Of a stretch of DNA of 56,405 nt, positions 37,600-48,200 are shown piece after piece. Each line of letters opens with the position of its first letter. The first letter of the stretch is position 1. The notes under the pieces are model-generated. The model was not told where the DNA came from and made no database searches. It was given only the letters and a program-made list of their open reading frames with translations. Both the position numbers and the translations under genes were made by a program. This DNA is from a virus (lineage: Duplodnaviria > Caudoviricetes): the IMG/VR virus record IMGVR_UViG_3300030333_005663, positions 1-56,405 of that record; one strand, given 5' to 3'.

Positions 37600-38289
37600 A
37601 TGGCGATTAAAAAACAAAAGCGTAAAGCTGTGTCTACTAATCCTCAATTACTCTTATTATATGGTGCCCCTAAAGTAGGTAAAACTACCATGTTATCACA
37701 ATTAGATGATTGTTTAATTGTTGATACTGAAAGAGGTGCAAATATGCTAGAAGGGTATATTGAAAGTGTTACTAGTAGAGATGAGCTATTAGATCTGCTT
37801 ATTCAGTTAAAAGATAGTAAAGATGTTAAGTATAAGTATATAGCATTAGATACTATTGATAAAATAGCTGATTGGGCAGAACAGAGAACGTGTGAAGAAG
37901 AAGGAGTCAGGTCATTAGCAGATTTAGCCTTTGGTAAAGGTTATGGCATAATGAGAGAAAAGGTATCTAAAACGATAGAAGCCTTTCTTGACGTTACAGA
38001 GCATCTTATAATAGTAGGGCATAGAAAGCCAGCATTTGCAGTTACAGATGGTAGTCCAATAGTTGTACCTGAGTCACTAGATATGACAGGTAAATTAAAG
38101 AATATCATAATGTCTCGTTGCGATGCAATAGGGTATGTGTTCAGAGAAGAAGATAGCTTAAAAGTATCATTTCAAGCAAATGAAGCTGTTGAAGCTGGAA
38201 GCAGATGTGAACACTTAAAAGGCAAAATAATCGATTTCAAATGGAATCACATTTATAAGGAGAGTAAAAATGGCAATAGTAAGACCTAA
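37600..38289 (+). CDS. Sak4/AAA_24-like P-loop ATPase (single-strand annealing)
   Basis: YGAPKVGKTT, DTERG, IALDTID, VGH and CDAIGY motifs. Confidence 0.8.
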   Translation: MAIKKQKRKAVSTNPQLLLLYGAPKVGKTTMLSQLDDCLIVDTERGANMLEGYIESVTSRDELLDLLIQLKDSKDVKYKYIALDTIDKIADWAEQRTCEEEGVRSLADLAFGKGYGIMREKVSKTIEAFLDVTEHLIIVGHRKPAFAVTDGSPIVVPESLDMTGKLKNIIMSRCDAIGYVFREEDSLKVSFQANEAVEAGSRCEHLKGKIIDFKWNHIYKESKNGNSKT

Positions 38290-38866
38290 ATCCTCTAGTG
38301 GAGGTGGAAATAAATACTATGGTATTTGTGAAGCAAATATTATAGGATATACTGATAAGAGTGCAAACTTTCATTGGGCTGATATCTTTATTGAAGTTGA
38401 GATAAAGCAAAAAGACAGTGATTACACTAAAAAGATGCAAATCGCTGGAAGCCTTGAAAGGGATTCAGATAATAAAGTATCTGGTGGTTCAGTATTGAAT
38501 AGAATGTATAAGTTCTTTGATGTTATTGGATGCAAAGCTGGTGTTAATATAGATGGTCACTTTGAATTAGAAGATGGCACACCTATACTAGATATAGCTG
38601 AGTATCTTAATGAGAACTTTGTTCATGAAAGTGAGCAATGTCCATTCTTGGTATATGTTTACAAGTCTATTCCAAAACCAAATGAAACTCAATCATACAC
38701 TAGAGTAGTGCCTAAGATTCACTTGAATACTCAAAAAGGCATGGAGCAAATGGAGAATGATATAGCTTATATGAAGAAGCAAGGTATCATTAAAGAAATT
38801 GATCCTAATGTTAAGCCTAATGACCAACAAGTAAACTTAAGTAATGGGGCTTTAGATAATCTGTAA
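38270..38866 (+). CDS. Putative ssDNA-binding protein (Sak4 partner)
   Basis: Lies between the ATPase and the primase; OB-like beta pattern; acidic-hydrophobic C-terminal tip (LDNL). Confidence 0.45.
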   Translation: MAIVRPKSSSGGGNKYYGICEANIIGYTDKSANFHWADIFIEVEIKQKDSDYTKKMQIAGSLERDSDNKVSGGSVLNRMYKFFDVIGCKAGVNIDGHFELEDGTPILDIAEYLNENFVHESEQCPFLVYVYKSIPKPNETQSYTRVVPKIHLNTQKGMEQMENDIAYMKKQGIIKEIDPNVKPNDQQVNLSNGALDNL

Positions 38867-40623
38867 TGATTATAGAGATTGCTAAAAACTCTCCAAGTGC
38901 AAGAGGTATGTTCATCCAAAAGGATGAGCTGCCTCAGCACATTGATACTGAGGAACCTTTATTTCGTTCAACCTATTTATATCCTGATGACGTACAAGAA
39001 CATCTTGATAAGCATGGTTCTATAAAGGATTATTTTGGAGTTAGAAGTATCGATAATATTATTATAGATATTGACAGAAAAGATAATTCTGATGAATATA
39101 CATTAGAGCAATTAAAAGAAGTTGTAGATATATTATATAGCTTTGATGTAGACGATGAATCTATGCAGCCATTCTATAGTGGAACAGGATATCATTTAAT
39201 AGTATCAAATGAAGTATTTGGATTTGAAGCATCAGAACAGCTTCCAATGATAGTAAGAGCTACTATGAGTAAGTTATTCCCTGATATAGATAATAGTATT
39301 TATATGAGAAGCGGGATATACAGAGTGCCTCATACTATTAATAAGAAGTCAAAACTCTACAAGATACCAATTCATATGGATGAGGTATTTAAAGAGAAAG
39401 CAGAATATATAAAGCTATTAGCACAAAGTCCTAGATTAGACTATAAGTACCGACCTTTGGTTGGTTCTGGTCAATGTAAGGATGAAATAGTAATAGCTGA
39501 TAGTAAAATATATTCTATGCAATCTGTTGCAGAGCCCAATAAAGTAGTTCCATGTGTGCAAACTATGCTTATGCAAGGACCACAAAGTGGAGAAAGGCAT
39601 AATACTGTATTACGAATATGTAGTCATTTTAAGCGTAATGGTATTCCTAGCGAATACGCTAAAGCATCATTAATGCATTGGAATAAAGGCCAATTGCATG
39701 AAGATGAAATAAATAGGCTTATAAAGAATGCATATGATGGTAATTACAGATATTCATGTAACGACCCGTTGCTTAAAAAGCATTGCAAGACTAATTGCAT
39801 ACATTTCAAAAGAAAAGACTATCTAGTAGATGTTAAAACAGCAGAAGAATTGCAAGAAGATTATGCTAAAAGACTTACAACTAACTTTAAAGGTAGAACT
39901 ATTCCTTTATCAGCAATGTTAGGCGTAGATGTAGACGTAGATATATTTCCTGGCGAATTAGTTACTATATTTGGGCCAACAGGCTCAAATAAAACTACAT
40001 TAGCTCAGAATCTAGCTCTAGGAGTTGATTTTGTTAATGATAGGATAAACACTGATTGGCAAATACCTACATTATTTCTATCGCTTGAATTGTCAGGTTG
40101 GTATGTACATCGTAGACATCTTCAAATCGTATCAGGCTTATCTAAAGATGAAGTCAATAATGATTATGAGGAAGTATATGAAGGTCATAAGGATAAACTT
40201 AGCAATATAGTAATACAAACTGTAGCACCAACTGTACAGCAGATACAAGAAAAAATAAGAGACTTACAGCCAGCTATGGTAGTTGTAGATTATATTGATT
40301 TAGTAGATGTGCCTTTTAATAAAGGTGGAGAACATCAAGCTATCAAATATATATCGCATACACTATCTAACATGGCAGTCAATATGGATATAATCATAAT
40401 ACAAGTATCGCAAGTAAGTAGGGAATACAGTAGAAACGAGGTTCTAGACCTGTATGCAGGGAAAGGATCTGGTGCAATTGAAAACGCTTCTAGGAAGGTT
40501 ATAGGGCTTAATGGACAAGCTAATTCACATCGAAAGAACGTGCATATGTTTAAGAATACTGATGGAGAATTGCTTGACTGTGAGCTTGAATGGCGTCCTA
40601 GTTTTAGATTAAGGAGAATATAA
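38866..40623 (+). CDS. AEP primase-polymerase / SF4 (DnaB-like) helicase fusion
   Basis: IDID, SGTGYH and RVPHTINKKSKLYK AEP motifs; GERHN PriCT-like segment with a Cys cluster; GPTGSNKT, SLEL, VVVDYID, VSQVSR and GSGAIEN helicase motifs. Confidence 0.88.
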   Translation: MIIEIAKNSPSARGMFIQKDELPQHIDTEEPLFRSTYLYPDDVQEHLDKHGSIKDYFGVRSIDNIIIDIDRKDNSDEYTLEQLKEVVDILYSFDVDDESMQPFYSGTGYHLIVSNEVFGFEASEQLPMIVRATMSKLFPDIDNSIYMRSGIYRVPHTINKKSKLYKIPIHMDEVFKEKAEYIKLLAQSPRLDYKYRPLVGSGQCKDEIVIADSKIYSMQSVAEPNKVVPCVQTMLMQGPQSGERHNTVLRICSHFKRNGIPSEYAKASLMHWNKGQLHEDEINRLIKNAYDGNYRYSCNDPLLKKHCKTNCIHFKRKDYLVDVKTAEELQEDYAKRLTTNFKGRTIPLSAMLGVDVDVDIFPGELVTIFGPTGSNKTTLAQNLALGVDFVNDRINTDWQIPTLFLSLELSGWYVHRRHLQIVSGLSKDEVNNDYEEVYEGHKDKLSNIVIQTVAPTVQQIQEKIRDLQPAMVVVDYIDLVDVPFNKGGEHQAIKYISHTLSNMAVNMDIIIIQVSQVSREYSRNEVLDLYAGKGSGAIENASRKVIGLNGQANSHRKNVHMFKNTDGELLDCELEWRPSFRLRRI

Positions 40624-40829
40624 TGTTTGCATTCATGTTAATGGACAGTGGCATAAGTATAAAGCTCTTTTGGATATTTCGACTTACTATCTGCTCTACA
40701 GAGTGGGAGTATGGGAAATGTACAAATCTAACAGTAGGTATATGGAAACCAGAGATAACCTTATCTTTAGGATGGAGAACTAAAGAACCTTCATTAGGAG
40801 ATATAGATACAAATGGTGCAGAAGCGTAG
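40623..40829 (+). CDS. Hypothetical protein
   Basis: 68 aa, AAGGAG RBS, TAATG coupling. Confidence 0.55.
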   Translation: MFAFMLMDSGISIKLFWIFRLTICSTEWEYGKCTNLTVGIWKPEITLSLGWRTKEPSLGDIDTNGAEA

Positions 40830-41310
40830 AAAACAAGTAAGTTCTCGACTACTTCCTTGGAGTGAAAAGTTTATGCCGATTCTCAGCAAGATACATGGGA
40901 ATCATGCTAAAAACATATTTCACAGAACAATGAAGAAAACTAGTACGTTGAGATCTTCTTTAAAGCGAAGGAGTAAAGAATATGAAGTGGAGTTCAATGT
41001 CACCCTTAGTGAAATACGTCACCTTACGTTATCACAATATGGTAAACCATGTAGGTATTGTAGGTGTAAAATGGATGTTAGGAATATGGTTTGTGACCAT
41101 ATTTATCCTCTTTCTATGGGCGGCAAGTCAATTATTAACAATCTTCAGATGATATGTGCCTCTTGCAATACAAAGAAAGGCCCATTAACTCATAAGATGT
41201 ATAATGATTTGCTTATATTCTTAAAAGAACAACCGCAAGAGATGCAAGAATATATCTTGCGAAAACTGGCGAAAGGAGACGTATTCTCTAATGTATTACA
41301 ATACAAATAA
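40813..41310 (+). CDS. HNH endonuclease
   Basis: CRYC...DHIYPLSMGG...NNLQMICASCNTKK. Confidence 0.9.
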   Translation: MVQKRRKQVSSRLLPWSEKFMPILSKIHGNHAKNIFHRTMKKTSTLRSSLKRRSKEYEVEFNVTLSEIRHLTLSQYGKPCRYCRCKMDVRNMVCDHIYPLSMGGKSIINNLQMICASCNTKKGPLTHKMYNDLLIFLKEQPQEMQEYILRKLAKGDVFSNVLQYK

Positions 41311-41587
41311 GGAGACAGGGAAAACTTTAAAAAGGAGTCAAAGAAAAGCTAACAGTCAAGAAAATATGATACTAGCTATTTTCAAGGAAAACCCTAGAGC
41401 AAAGTTTACCCCTGAAACTGTCTTAAAGAAACTACAAGCAGTTCATTTGAACTATCCTATTACAAGCATTAGGAGAGCGATGTCAAATCTTAAGGATGAT
41501 GGCTACCTCGAAAAAACTAATGAAAAAGCTAATGGGGATTGGGGTAAAAAGGTACACTTGTGGAAAATAGGTAAGCGTCCAGGGTAA
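41291..41587 (+). CDS. Winged-helix DNA-binding protein
   Basis: FTPETV...ITSIRRAMSNLKDDGYLEKT...W wHTH pattern. Confidence 0.65.
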   Translation: MYYNTNKETGKTLKRSQRKANSQENMILAIFKENPRAKFTPETVLKKLQAVHLNYPITSIRRAMSNLKDDGYLEKTNEKANGDWGKKVHLWKIGKRPG

Positions 41588-41689
41588 CTCATGGATGTTT
41601 GCTCGTCGAAAAGAGAAGCGGGAGTTGTAAAACCTAAAAGAATTTGAGATTTCTATAGGTATACTCCCCTTCTTAAACTAGGAGAAACA

Positions 41690-41824
41690 ATGAATAAGAA
41701 ACTAACTTGGTATGATAAACTATCAATACAATTCAGAAGGAATGTACTTGGATGGAAAATAAACAGAATCGCAAAAAAGTATGGTGTGACTACAAGGACG
41801 ATTTACCGTGTGTTAGAAGATTAA
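41690..41824 (+). CDS. Small HTH protein (44 aa)
   Basis: MNKKLTWYDKLSIQFRRNVLGWKINRIAKKYGVTTRTIYRVLED; AGGAG RBS; not in the ORF track. Confidence 0.7.
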   Translation: MNKKLTWYDKLSIQFRRNVLGWKINRIAKKYGVTTRTIYRVLED

Positions 41825-41887
41825 TAAAATATCAAGAAAAACTATTTAACGTAACCTATCGAAATGGTAGATGGGTAAGGAGGTATA

Positions 41888-42040
41888 ATGCCAAAAAGAG
41901 TGTATAAAGAATCTATGCCCTCACATGAAAGACGCGTAAAAGCAATAAAAAAAGCTGCAAATGGTTGTTGGTGGATTGAAATGTATTTAATGGATAGCTT
42001 TGGTGTGTCTACAGGATGGAGGAAGCATGACAAAAGATGA
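41888..42040 (+). CDS. Small hypothetical protein (50 aa)
   Basis: AAGGAGG RBS; MPKRVYKESMPSHERRVKAIKKAANGCWWIEMYLMDSFGVSTGWRKHDKR. Confidence 0.6.
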   Translation: MPKRVYKESMPSHERRVKAIKKAANGCWWIEMYLMDSFGVSTGWRKHDKR

Positions 42041-42785
42041 ATATAGTAAAATAAAAGTAGAAAGAAAAGATAGTGGATTTAGATGGTATAGGATTCCAGG
42101 CGAGAAATGGATACCATCAGTTACTACAATATTAAATGTAATAGCCAAGGGCGTAGGATACGAACAATGGCTAGGTAATCAACCAAGTTATAAAGCAGCT
42201 TGTGAAGTGCGTGATGAAGCAGCAGAAAGAGGAACTATTGTTCATGACTCTATTGAGAAACTACTCAAAGGAGAGTCTATAGAAGCAGTCAATGATGAAA
42301 TAGCGAAGCATTTGATGTGTTTTACGAAGTTTTATGCTGAGAACGACATAGAGGTCATTGACCAAGAATTGTTCCTAATAGACCCGAATTATGATTTTGC
42401 AGGAACTCCAGATTTAATTTGCAAAGCCTCTGGTAAGACTTGGCTAATTGATTTTAAGACTGGTAATTTCTACAAAACTCATCCATTGCAATGTAGAATG
42501 TATGCATTGTTATATGAGAGTATATTCGGAATAAAGATAGATTGTATAGGTGGTCTATACACTAAATCAACTTGGATTAAGGAGCCTAACTACACATTAA
42601 AGCGATTCCCTTATACTGATAAGGCTATTGCTAAATATGATACATGTATATTAGGAGCTGTTAGTTTGTGGAATTATATGAATGGTACTACAAAATTGGC
42701 AGACCCTTATCCTAAAGATCCAGTAAAAATCGATAGCGTATTTAAATTAGGAGGAGTAACTAATGACAGCTATGAAGAACTTTGA
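42027..42785 (+). CDS. PD-(D/E)XK exonuclease (Cas4/RecB-like)
   Basis: PSVTTIL, RGTIVH, AGTPD, IDFKT and Q..MY motifs; start revised to ATG 42027 after GGAGG. Confidence 0.85.
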   Translation: MTKDEYSKIKVERKDSGFRWYRIPGEKWIPSVTTILNVIAKGVGYEQWLGNQPSYKAACEVRDEAAERGTIVHDSIEKLLKGESIEAVNDEIAKHLMCFTKFYAENDIEVIDQELFLIDPNYDFAGTPDLICKASGKTWLIDFKTGNFYKTHPLQCRMYALLYESIFGIKIDCIGGLYTKSTWIKEPNYTLKRFPYTDKAIAKYDTCILGAVSLWNYMNGTTKLADPYPKDPVKIDSVFKLGGVTNDSYEEL

Positions 42786-43020
42786 AATCAATGAAAAGCT
42801 ACTAAGCCTTGAATCTGAAATAGCAAGATTGAAAGAGGTGATTAGTAATTATGAAGAAAAGTGTAAAGATATGGAACTAAATGACATGATAGAAGAAATT
42901 CCATATGCAGAAGATAAGATGGCACACGATTTGCATGATTATTTAGCAGCGACACATAGAATGAATAAGTATTTTGAAAATAAAATAGAATCAATAAACA
43001 AGGAGAAAACTAATGGCTAA
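42763..43020 (+). CDS. Coiled-coil hypothetical protein
   Basis: 85 aa, AGGAGG RBS. Confidence 0.6.
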   Translation: MTAMKNFEINEKLLSLESEIARLKEVISNYEEKCKDMELNDMIEEIPYAEDKMAHDLHDYLAATHRMNKYFENKIESINKEKTNG

Positions 43021-43315
43021 AAATAAACCAAAAAAGCCTACTATGAAAGAAGTAACCAGCACTATTGATCAAATGATGAGCAATATGAATTGGTTAAAGA
43101 ATAACATAGAAATGATAGGTAACCTTTTTGACTTATATGTCCTCTTTAAGAAAGATGATGAGAAGTTTAAGGTTTTCCTAGAAGAAAGAAAAGCTAAATG
43201 GGAAAAAGACCAAGCAGCATTAAAAGATGTAAAGGAGGAAGCTACAAATGAACAAGCAGAAGATGGACAAAGTGATGACCAAGATTCTGAAAATAGTTCA
43301 ACAGACCAGGAATGA
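43013..43315 (+). CDS. Hypothetical protein
   Basis: 100 aa, AAGGAG RBS. Confidence 0.6.
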   Translation: MAKNKPKKPTMKEVTSTIDQMMSNMNWLKNNIEMIGNLFDLYVLFKKDDEKFKVFLEERKAKWEKDQAALKDVKEEATNEQAEDGQSDDQDSENSSTDQE

Positions 43316-43589
43316 GGGTCAACTAGAGTACGCTTCTGAAAAAGATGTCTTTGCAGACTTCAAGGATACAGCAGAGCTGGTAGGTATTCCAAAGGAATCA
43401 GTTCTGCTGACCTTTTTAAATAAGCATATACGAGGTATAGCTGCTTATGTTAAAGGTCACGAGAGCCAAAGAGAGGATGTTAGAGGTAGAATAACAGATG
43501 CGATAGTATACCTTTGTTTATTATGGGGTATGGTTGAAGAGAATTTAGACGAACGTGTTCCCGAATGGGAGTCTGACTCTTCGATATAG
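43248..43589 (+). CDS. All-alpha NTP-pyrophosphatase-like / nucleotide-modification-associated protein
   Basis: GQLEYA..VFADF, LNKH and E...GRITDAIVYL motifs. Confidence 0.5.
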   Translation: MNKQKMDKVMTKILKIVQQTRNEGQLEYASEKDVFADFKDTAELVGIPKESVLLTFLNKHIRGIAAYVKGHESQREDVRGRITDAIVYLCLLWGMVEENLDERVPEWESDSSI

Positions 43590-43596
43590 TTCCTTA

Positions 43597-43622
43597 GAGG
43601 GGGTAGTTTGTACTGCCCCCTT
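43597..43622. terminator. Hairpin at the convergence of the two transcription arms
   Basis: GAGGGGGTAGT-TTGT-ACTGCCCCCTT between convergent stops at 43589 and 43651; weak U-tracts. Confidence 0.6.
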
Positions 43623-43650
43623 CACTATCTGGGTCAATACAAAGTGCAGG

Positions 43651-45204
43651 CTATGCGCGACGAGTAATTATAAGTTTCGCAAGTTTAAGTAAATGTCTAT
43701 TGAACCAATGCTTAGAACCAAATTCTGATATAATTCTTCTAGAAGTATTCTTACCTAATCGTTTCATAGCTTTTAAAGCTTGAAATCCATCCTTATTCTT
43801 GATTGCATCTTTTAGAATCTGACTATTTGCCACATAAGCATCGGGCTTCTTGAATAAATTGTCAGCTTTGCTAGATGCATGAGAATGGATAGTTATATGT
43901 CTACGCCTTTGAATACCACCTTCCCCTACAACTTCTTCAGGTCCTTTTAGATCATATTTGTCCGTAGTAAGCATTGACCATCCAACTTGTCCATTTTTCT
44001 TTTTCCAAAAAATACCATCAGTATTAACCCCACCAAGCAGATAGCTAGGCTTAAAATCAGGACTAAAATTAATATGAAGCCTTCCATTCTTAACATAATA
44101 ACTTTTCATGAATCGTTCTACTGCCCTTATATAATCATCTTGAGGATGTATTCTACTTGAAGCGTCTAATAAATGTCTACTAGTTCCAAATGAAGCTGCC
44201 CTATGCTTTGCCCATTCAAACACTTCTTTAGGATTATTTAAGTCTTTAGCATTCCTAGTAACATATTCTGCTAATTTAAACATAGAGTCTTTTTTATTAG
44301 CTAAAGAAATAGGAGCTTTATCTACTCCTCCCATAGAACCTATAGCACTATCTGTAAATCTAGATATAGTAATTCTATCATGAGGGAGTAATTGCCATTT
44401 AGCAGCTACCCCTGCATGAGGTCCTTTAAATACATTTTTTGTAATTTGTTTTTCAGGGACAGAGTATCCTGCAGCTTTTAATTTTTTCTCATCAAAGGGC
44501 TGGTCAGTAACGGCCTTATTCAATTCAGTCTTTATGATTTCATGTCTAGTTTGTCGCTTCTGAGCTCCTATACCACCTACTACTTTATCAGGCTGGAGAT
44601 TTTGCCTTTCATACATATAATCTAGCTTGATTGTTTGTAATAGTTCTCCAGGGCTACCATAAGGTATCTTTCCTTTCTTGATAAGGTTTAATATCTTATT
44701 AACATCTCTCTCCGAAACATTTCCATTCTTGACAATAGTCCTAGGGTCTATTTTTTCCCCAGCAGGCAAAATCTCGTTTATTGCAGTTAGTTCCCTTAAA
44801 GCCATTCCGCCCATATGGCGAACAGTTCCTTTTAAAGGTCTTCCTCTTCCATGAAGAAATAATTCTTGAGTAGCATCAGCGTGTGCTTGCTTTAAAAATT
44901 TAGCAGTATCTCTTAATTCACTTCTATTAGAACCAAAAAAGTGATCTTTTTGTAGCATTAATTTCTGCCAATTAGTGACACCAGCAGCATAATAACCTTT
45001 TAATATATTATTAGCAGTAGAAGCTCTAGATGCTATAGCTTTTTGTACAAAAGGAGTTCTCCTAGCAGCCCACTTAGCTACAGGAACGCCTCCATATGCA
45101 ACACCTAAAATACCTAGCCCTGTCCCTACTCCAGACCCAGAGCTTTCATTATCAATGCCATCTACCTCATCTTTATAATGTTCTAATAATGTAGGTTCTT
45201 TCAT
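43651..45204 (-). CDS. Basic hypothetical protein, probably virion-ejected
   Basis: 517 aa; Gly-rich hydrophobic segment GVGTGLGILGVAYGG; coupled to the vRNAP gene. Confidence 0.55.
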   Translation of the reverse strand: MKEPTLLEHYKDEVDGIDNESSGSGVGTGLGILGVAYGGVPVAKWAARRTPFVQKAIASRASTANNILKGYYAAGVTNWQKLMLQKDHFFGSNRSELRDTAKFLKQAHADATQELFLHGRGRPLKGTVRHMGGMALRELTAINEILPAGEKIDPRTIVKNGNVSERDVNKILNLIKKGKIPYGSPGELLQTIKLDYMYERQNLQPDKVVGGIGAQKRQTRHEIIKTELNKAVTDQPFDEKKLKAAGYSVPEKQITKNVFKGPHAGVAAKWQLLPHDRITISRFTDSAIGSMGGVDKAPISLANKKDSMFKLAEYVTRNAKDLNNPKEVFEWAKHRAASFGTSRHLLDASSRIHPQDDYIRAVERFMKSYYVKNGRLHINFSPDFKPSYLLGGVNTDGIFWKKKNGQVGWSMLTTDKYDLKGPEEVVGEGGIQRRRHITIHSHASSKADNLFKKPDAYVANSQILKDAIKNKDGFQALKAMKRLGKNTSRRIISEFGSKHWFNRHLLKLAKLIITRRA

Positions 45205-48200
45205 TACAATAATCCTTTAGGATAAGGCTTTTCTTTGGGTTCTTTTTTATTTTTAGAAACTGCTTTTTGCAATTGTAATAAAGGCATGCCAGTCCATCTC
45301 ATAATAGCATTTAATGGATTTTCTATAACATTACCTTCATTTAAAGGGGAGAAGTCTCTCAGGAGCCTTCCAAATGGAAACATAGTATAAACATAATATT
45401 GGCTCAATCTAGTATAATCATCATCTACTATACTTCTTATAACAGAATTAGGTATTCTAGCAATAGGTGGAGTTATCGCCTGTAATGGTGCTAATGGCCC
45501 TTTGTAGGTGCCAAAGAAAGCTTTATCTCTTTCATCCTCATCTCCAAACAACCACTGTGCGGTATCTTCAAACCAGTTATATGGAGCTGGCATAGCAGTA
45601 TCAAATAATGAATAAGCAAAGATATTCCCTAGTGCAAATACAAACATATCTATTTGAGTTTGTCTTGCAAACCTATTAAACTCATCAGTACCAGGTCTAT
45701 AACCATAAATCCTCGCTTGTCTTCTAACATCATTCCTAAAACTAACAGCATTCCATGACCATGTTTGAAAACGTGTCATCACCTTACCAAGCGCTGTCCT
45801 AGAGAAAGCTGGCCTATAAGGAGCAGAATATAAGAATTGAGTAGCTTTAACTCCTTTCCTAGCTAATTCTAGCAACATAGGGTCATCGTATCTCTTTATT
45901 CCACCGCCAAACTTATTCCACCAATGAACATAATGAGCCATAAAAGCATCACGCCTAATTTTTCTCTCAGGAATTGACATCCATTTAGCAGCCCAATTTT
46001 GAACTTTCTGAGTTACTCCATATTTTTTACTAATAGATAATAGAGTATCTTCTTTCATCTCAGGATCTCTAGTCATTTTTTTAGCGACATCAGCAATAAA
46101 TTGCTTATTCCTTTCAATTGCACCTGCTTTTGTTAGTCCAAATTCATATAACATTCTTTCGGGGTATATTCCAGAGGATACCACAAACCTATCCACTGCT
46201 TCAGCATTAGTCCATTCAGGGTTAATTTGAGATAAATACTCATAATTAAAGGAGTTTCTCCAATTTCTCCATCCTACTGATTGTATAGTATGGGTAGTAC
46301 CACCAAATATATTACCTGTAACACTTTTAGGGTGCACCAATAAAGAAGCCATTTCAAACTGTGCTTCTAGATTACTCCAATGGCGCAATTGATTCAGGTC
46401 AAATTGTCTTAACTCTTTCGGTAGATGCTTACCCTTTTTAAGTAATCCTAACTTAGAAGCTATCTTATTTACTCTATTTAAGACTCTATCGTCAGCCCAC
46501 CTTGCATATAATGTTCCTTGAAGCTTCATATCTCTATTTTTTAATACATCAGTAGGGATAATATCGGGAGAGCCCATTGCGCCTTGAACGTAAAGCTTCA
46601 TGAAATTACTCCAAGCTTGAGTTTGTCTTTCTCCGTATTTGGGAAGCATATTTTTCCCCATTTGATTGATAATCTCCCTGCTAAATATTTGTGACAATTG
46701 CCTGTAATAAGTATTTGTCAAGCTTCTTATGTATGATTCAGGGACAGAAGCATCTACAGAATGTCCTGCTACATGAGTATTTCTACTAAACATAGCTCCA
46801 GCTCTTTCATCTGCATTAAAATGTTTGATTTTATCGGGCTTAACTTTCTTCTTCTTTCCGATATCAGCCATAATTCTATCAAATGACTGCCATTCCATAA
46901 TATCTCCAAATTCCCAGTCACCTGTTAAAGATTTATTTTTATACATTAATTTTGTGACTTGTTCAATCTTATCTTCTTTTGTTAATGTTGGGTCATTTAA
47001 AAGATTTTTAGCTGTTTTTTCTAAGTATTCTGATGCTTTTTTCTTGTTAAAATGCATATGAGGCCAATAGTACTCAAAAGGTATTTTACCAGTAGATTCA
47101 AGCATTGACAGTCTAAATCCTTTAACTATATCAGGATCACCTACCATTTCACCCATCATTTCCCTAGCTATCATTCTCAAATTATCTATACCATATTTAG
47201 AAGATACATCTTCTCCTCTTTTCCAAGCATCTTGTAAATCAACAATAAACTTTTTATAGTCTAGCTTAGGATAAAGCTTTTGTTTATCATAATAACCCTT
47301 AATATAAGGTTTCATAACGCCTTCTTCACCACGAATCATTTCATGCATTTCTTTGGCGGTTTGAGTATATTCAGCGTTAATTTTTTTAACCAATTCTTGC
47401 CCTGTTACTTTAACTCTTCCTTCTCCAAAGTCAACAGTATATTCTTTTTTCTTTAATTCTTCCCAATTATACTTCTTGGTAGCATTGTTGTATTCGGTAA
47501 TATAGTCAGAGATTTGAGCATGTTTTCGAGCAGGGTCTATTTTATCATTATTAGCCAATACGTTCTCAGCATATCCTTTCTCTCTTTGCCTTACTGCTAT
47601 TTCTCTTAAAGCTTCTCCGTCTTCAATAGAATTAACAAATAATAACCTTTTCTGCAAATCTTGTATTTTTTGATCCCCCTCATGTACAGCAGAGTTGTTC
47701 ATTCTACCTATCCAAGATTGAACAATATCTATATACGAAGAAGGTCTTGCTATATCTCCTTGAACCAACTTGCCATCTACGGTAGAAAACCAGCCTTTTT
47801 CATATAAAAGCTGCATATCTTCCTTCATCTGTTCTCTACTTATAGTTCTAGGGAATAAATACCAATGTCTCTTACTTAATCTTAATTTGCCTTTTTTGTC
47901 GAATAAACGCTGCCATATAGTCCCTGTTTGAGTATCCCTTAGCCAATCTCTAAAAATCCTAAAATCTTCCTTATTCATGGCATTTAGCTCTTTTCCAAAT
48001 AATCCTCTAGTTAACTCGCTTATACTATTTCTAACTTTAGGGTCATATACTTTGAGCATATCAGCTGTCTCTAATATAACCTTTTTCATCTCAGCGTCAA
48101 CAGGACCTTTCTTTAATCCTTCGTATCCTGTTCCTTCATAAGCCTTTTCAACTAAAGTTTGGACTTCCCTATTTCCATCAAACTCTAAAGTAGGGTCTTT

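Noticed and set aside
42027-42785. Cas4 as part of a CRISPR system
   Set aside because: No repeat-spacer array or other cas genes seen; stand-alone PD-(D/E)XK nucleases are routine in phage replication modules
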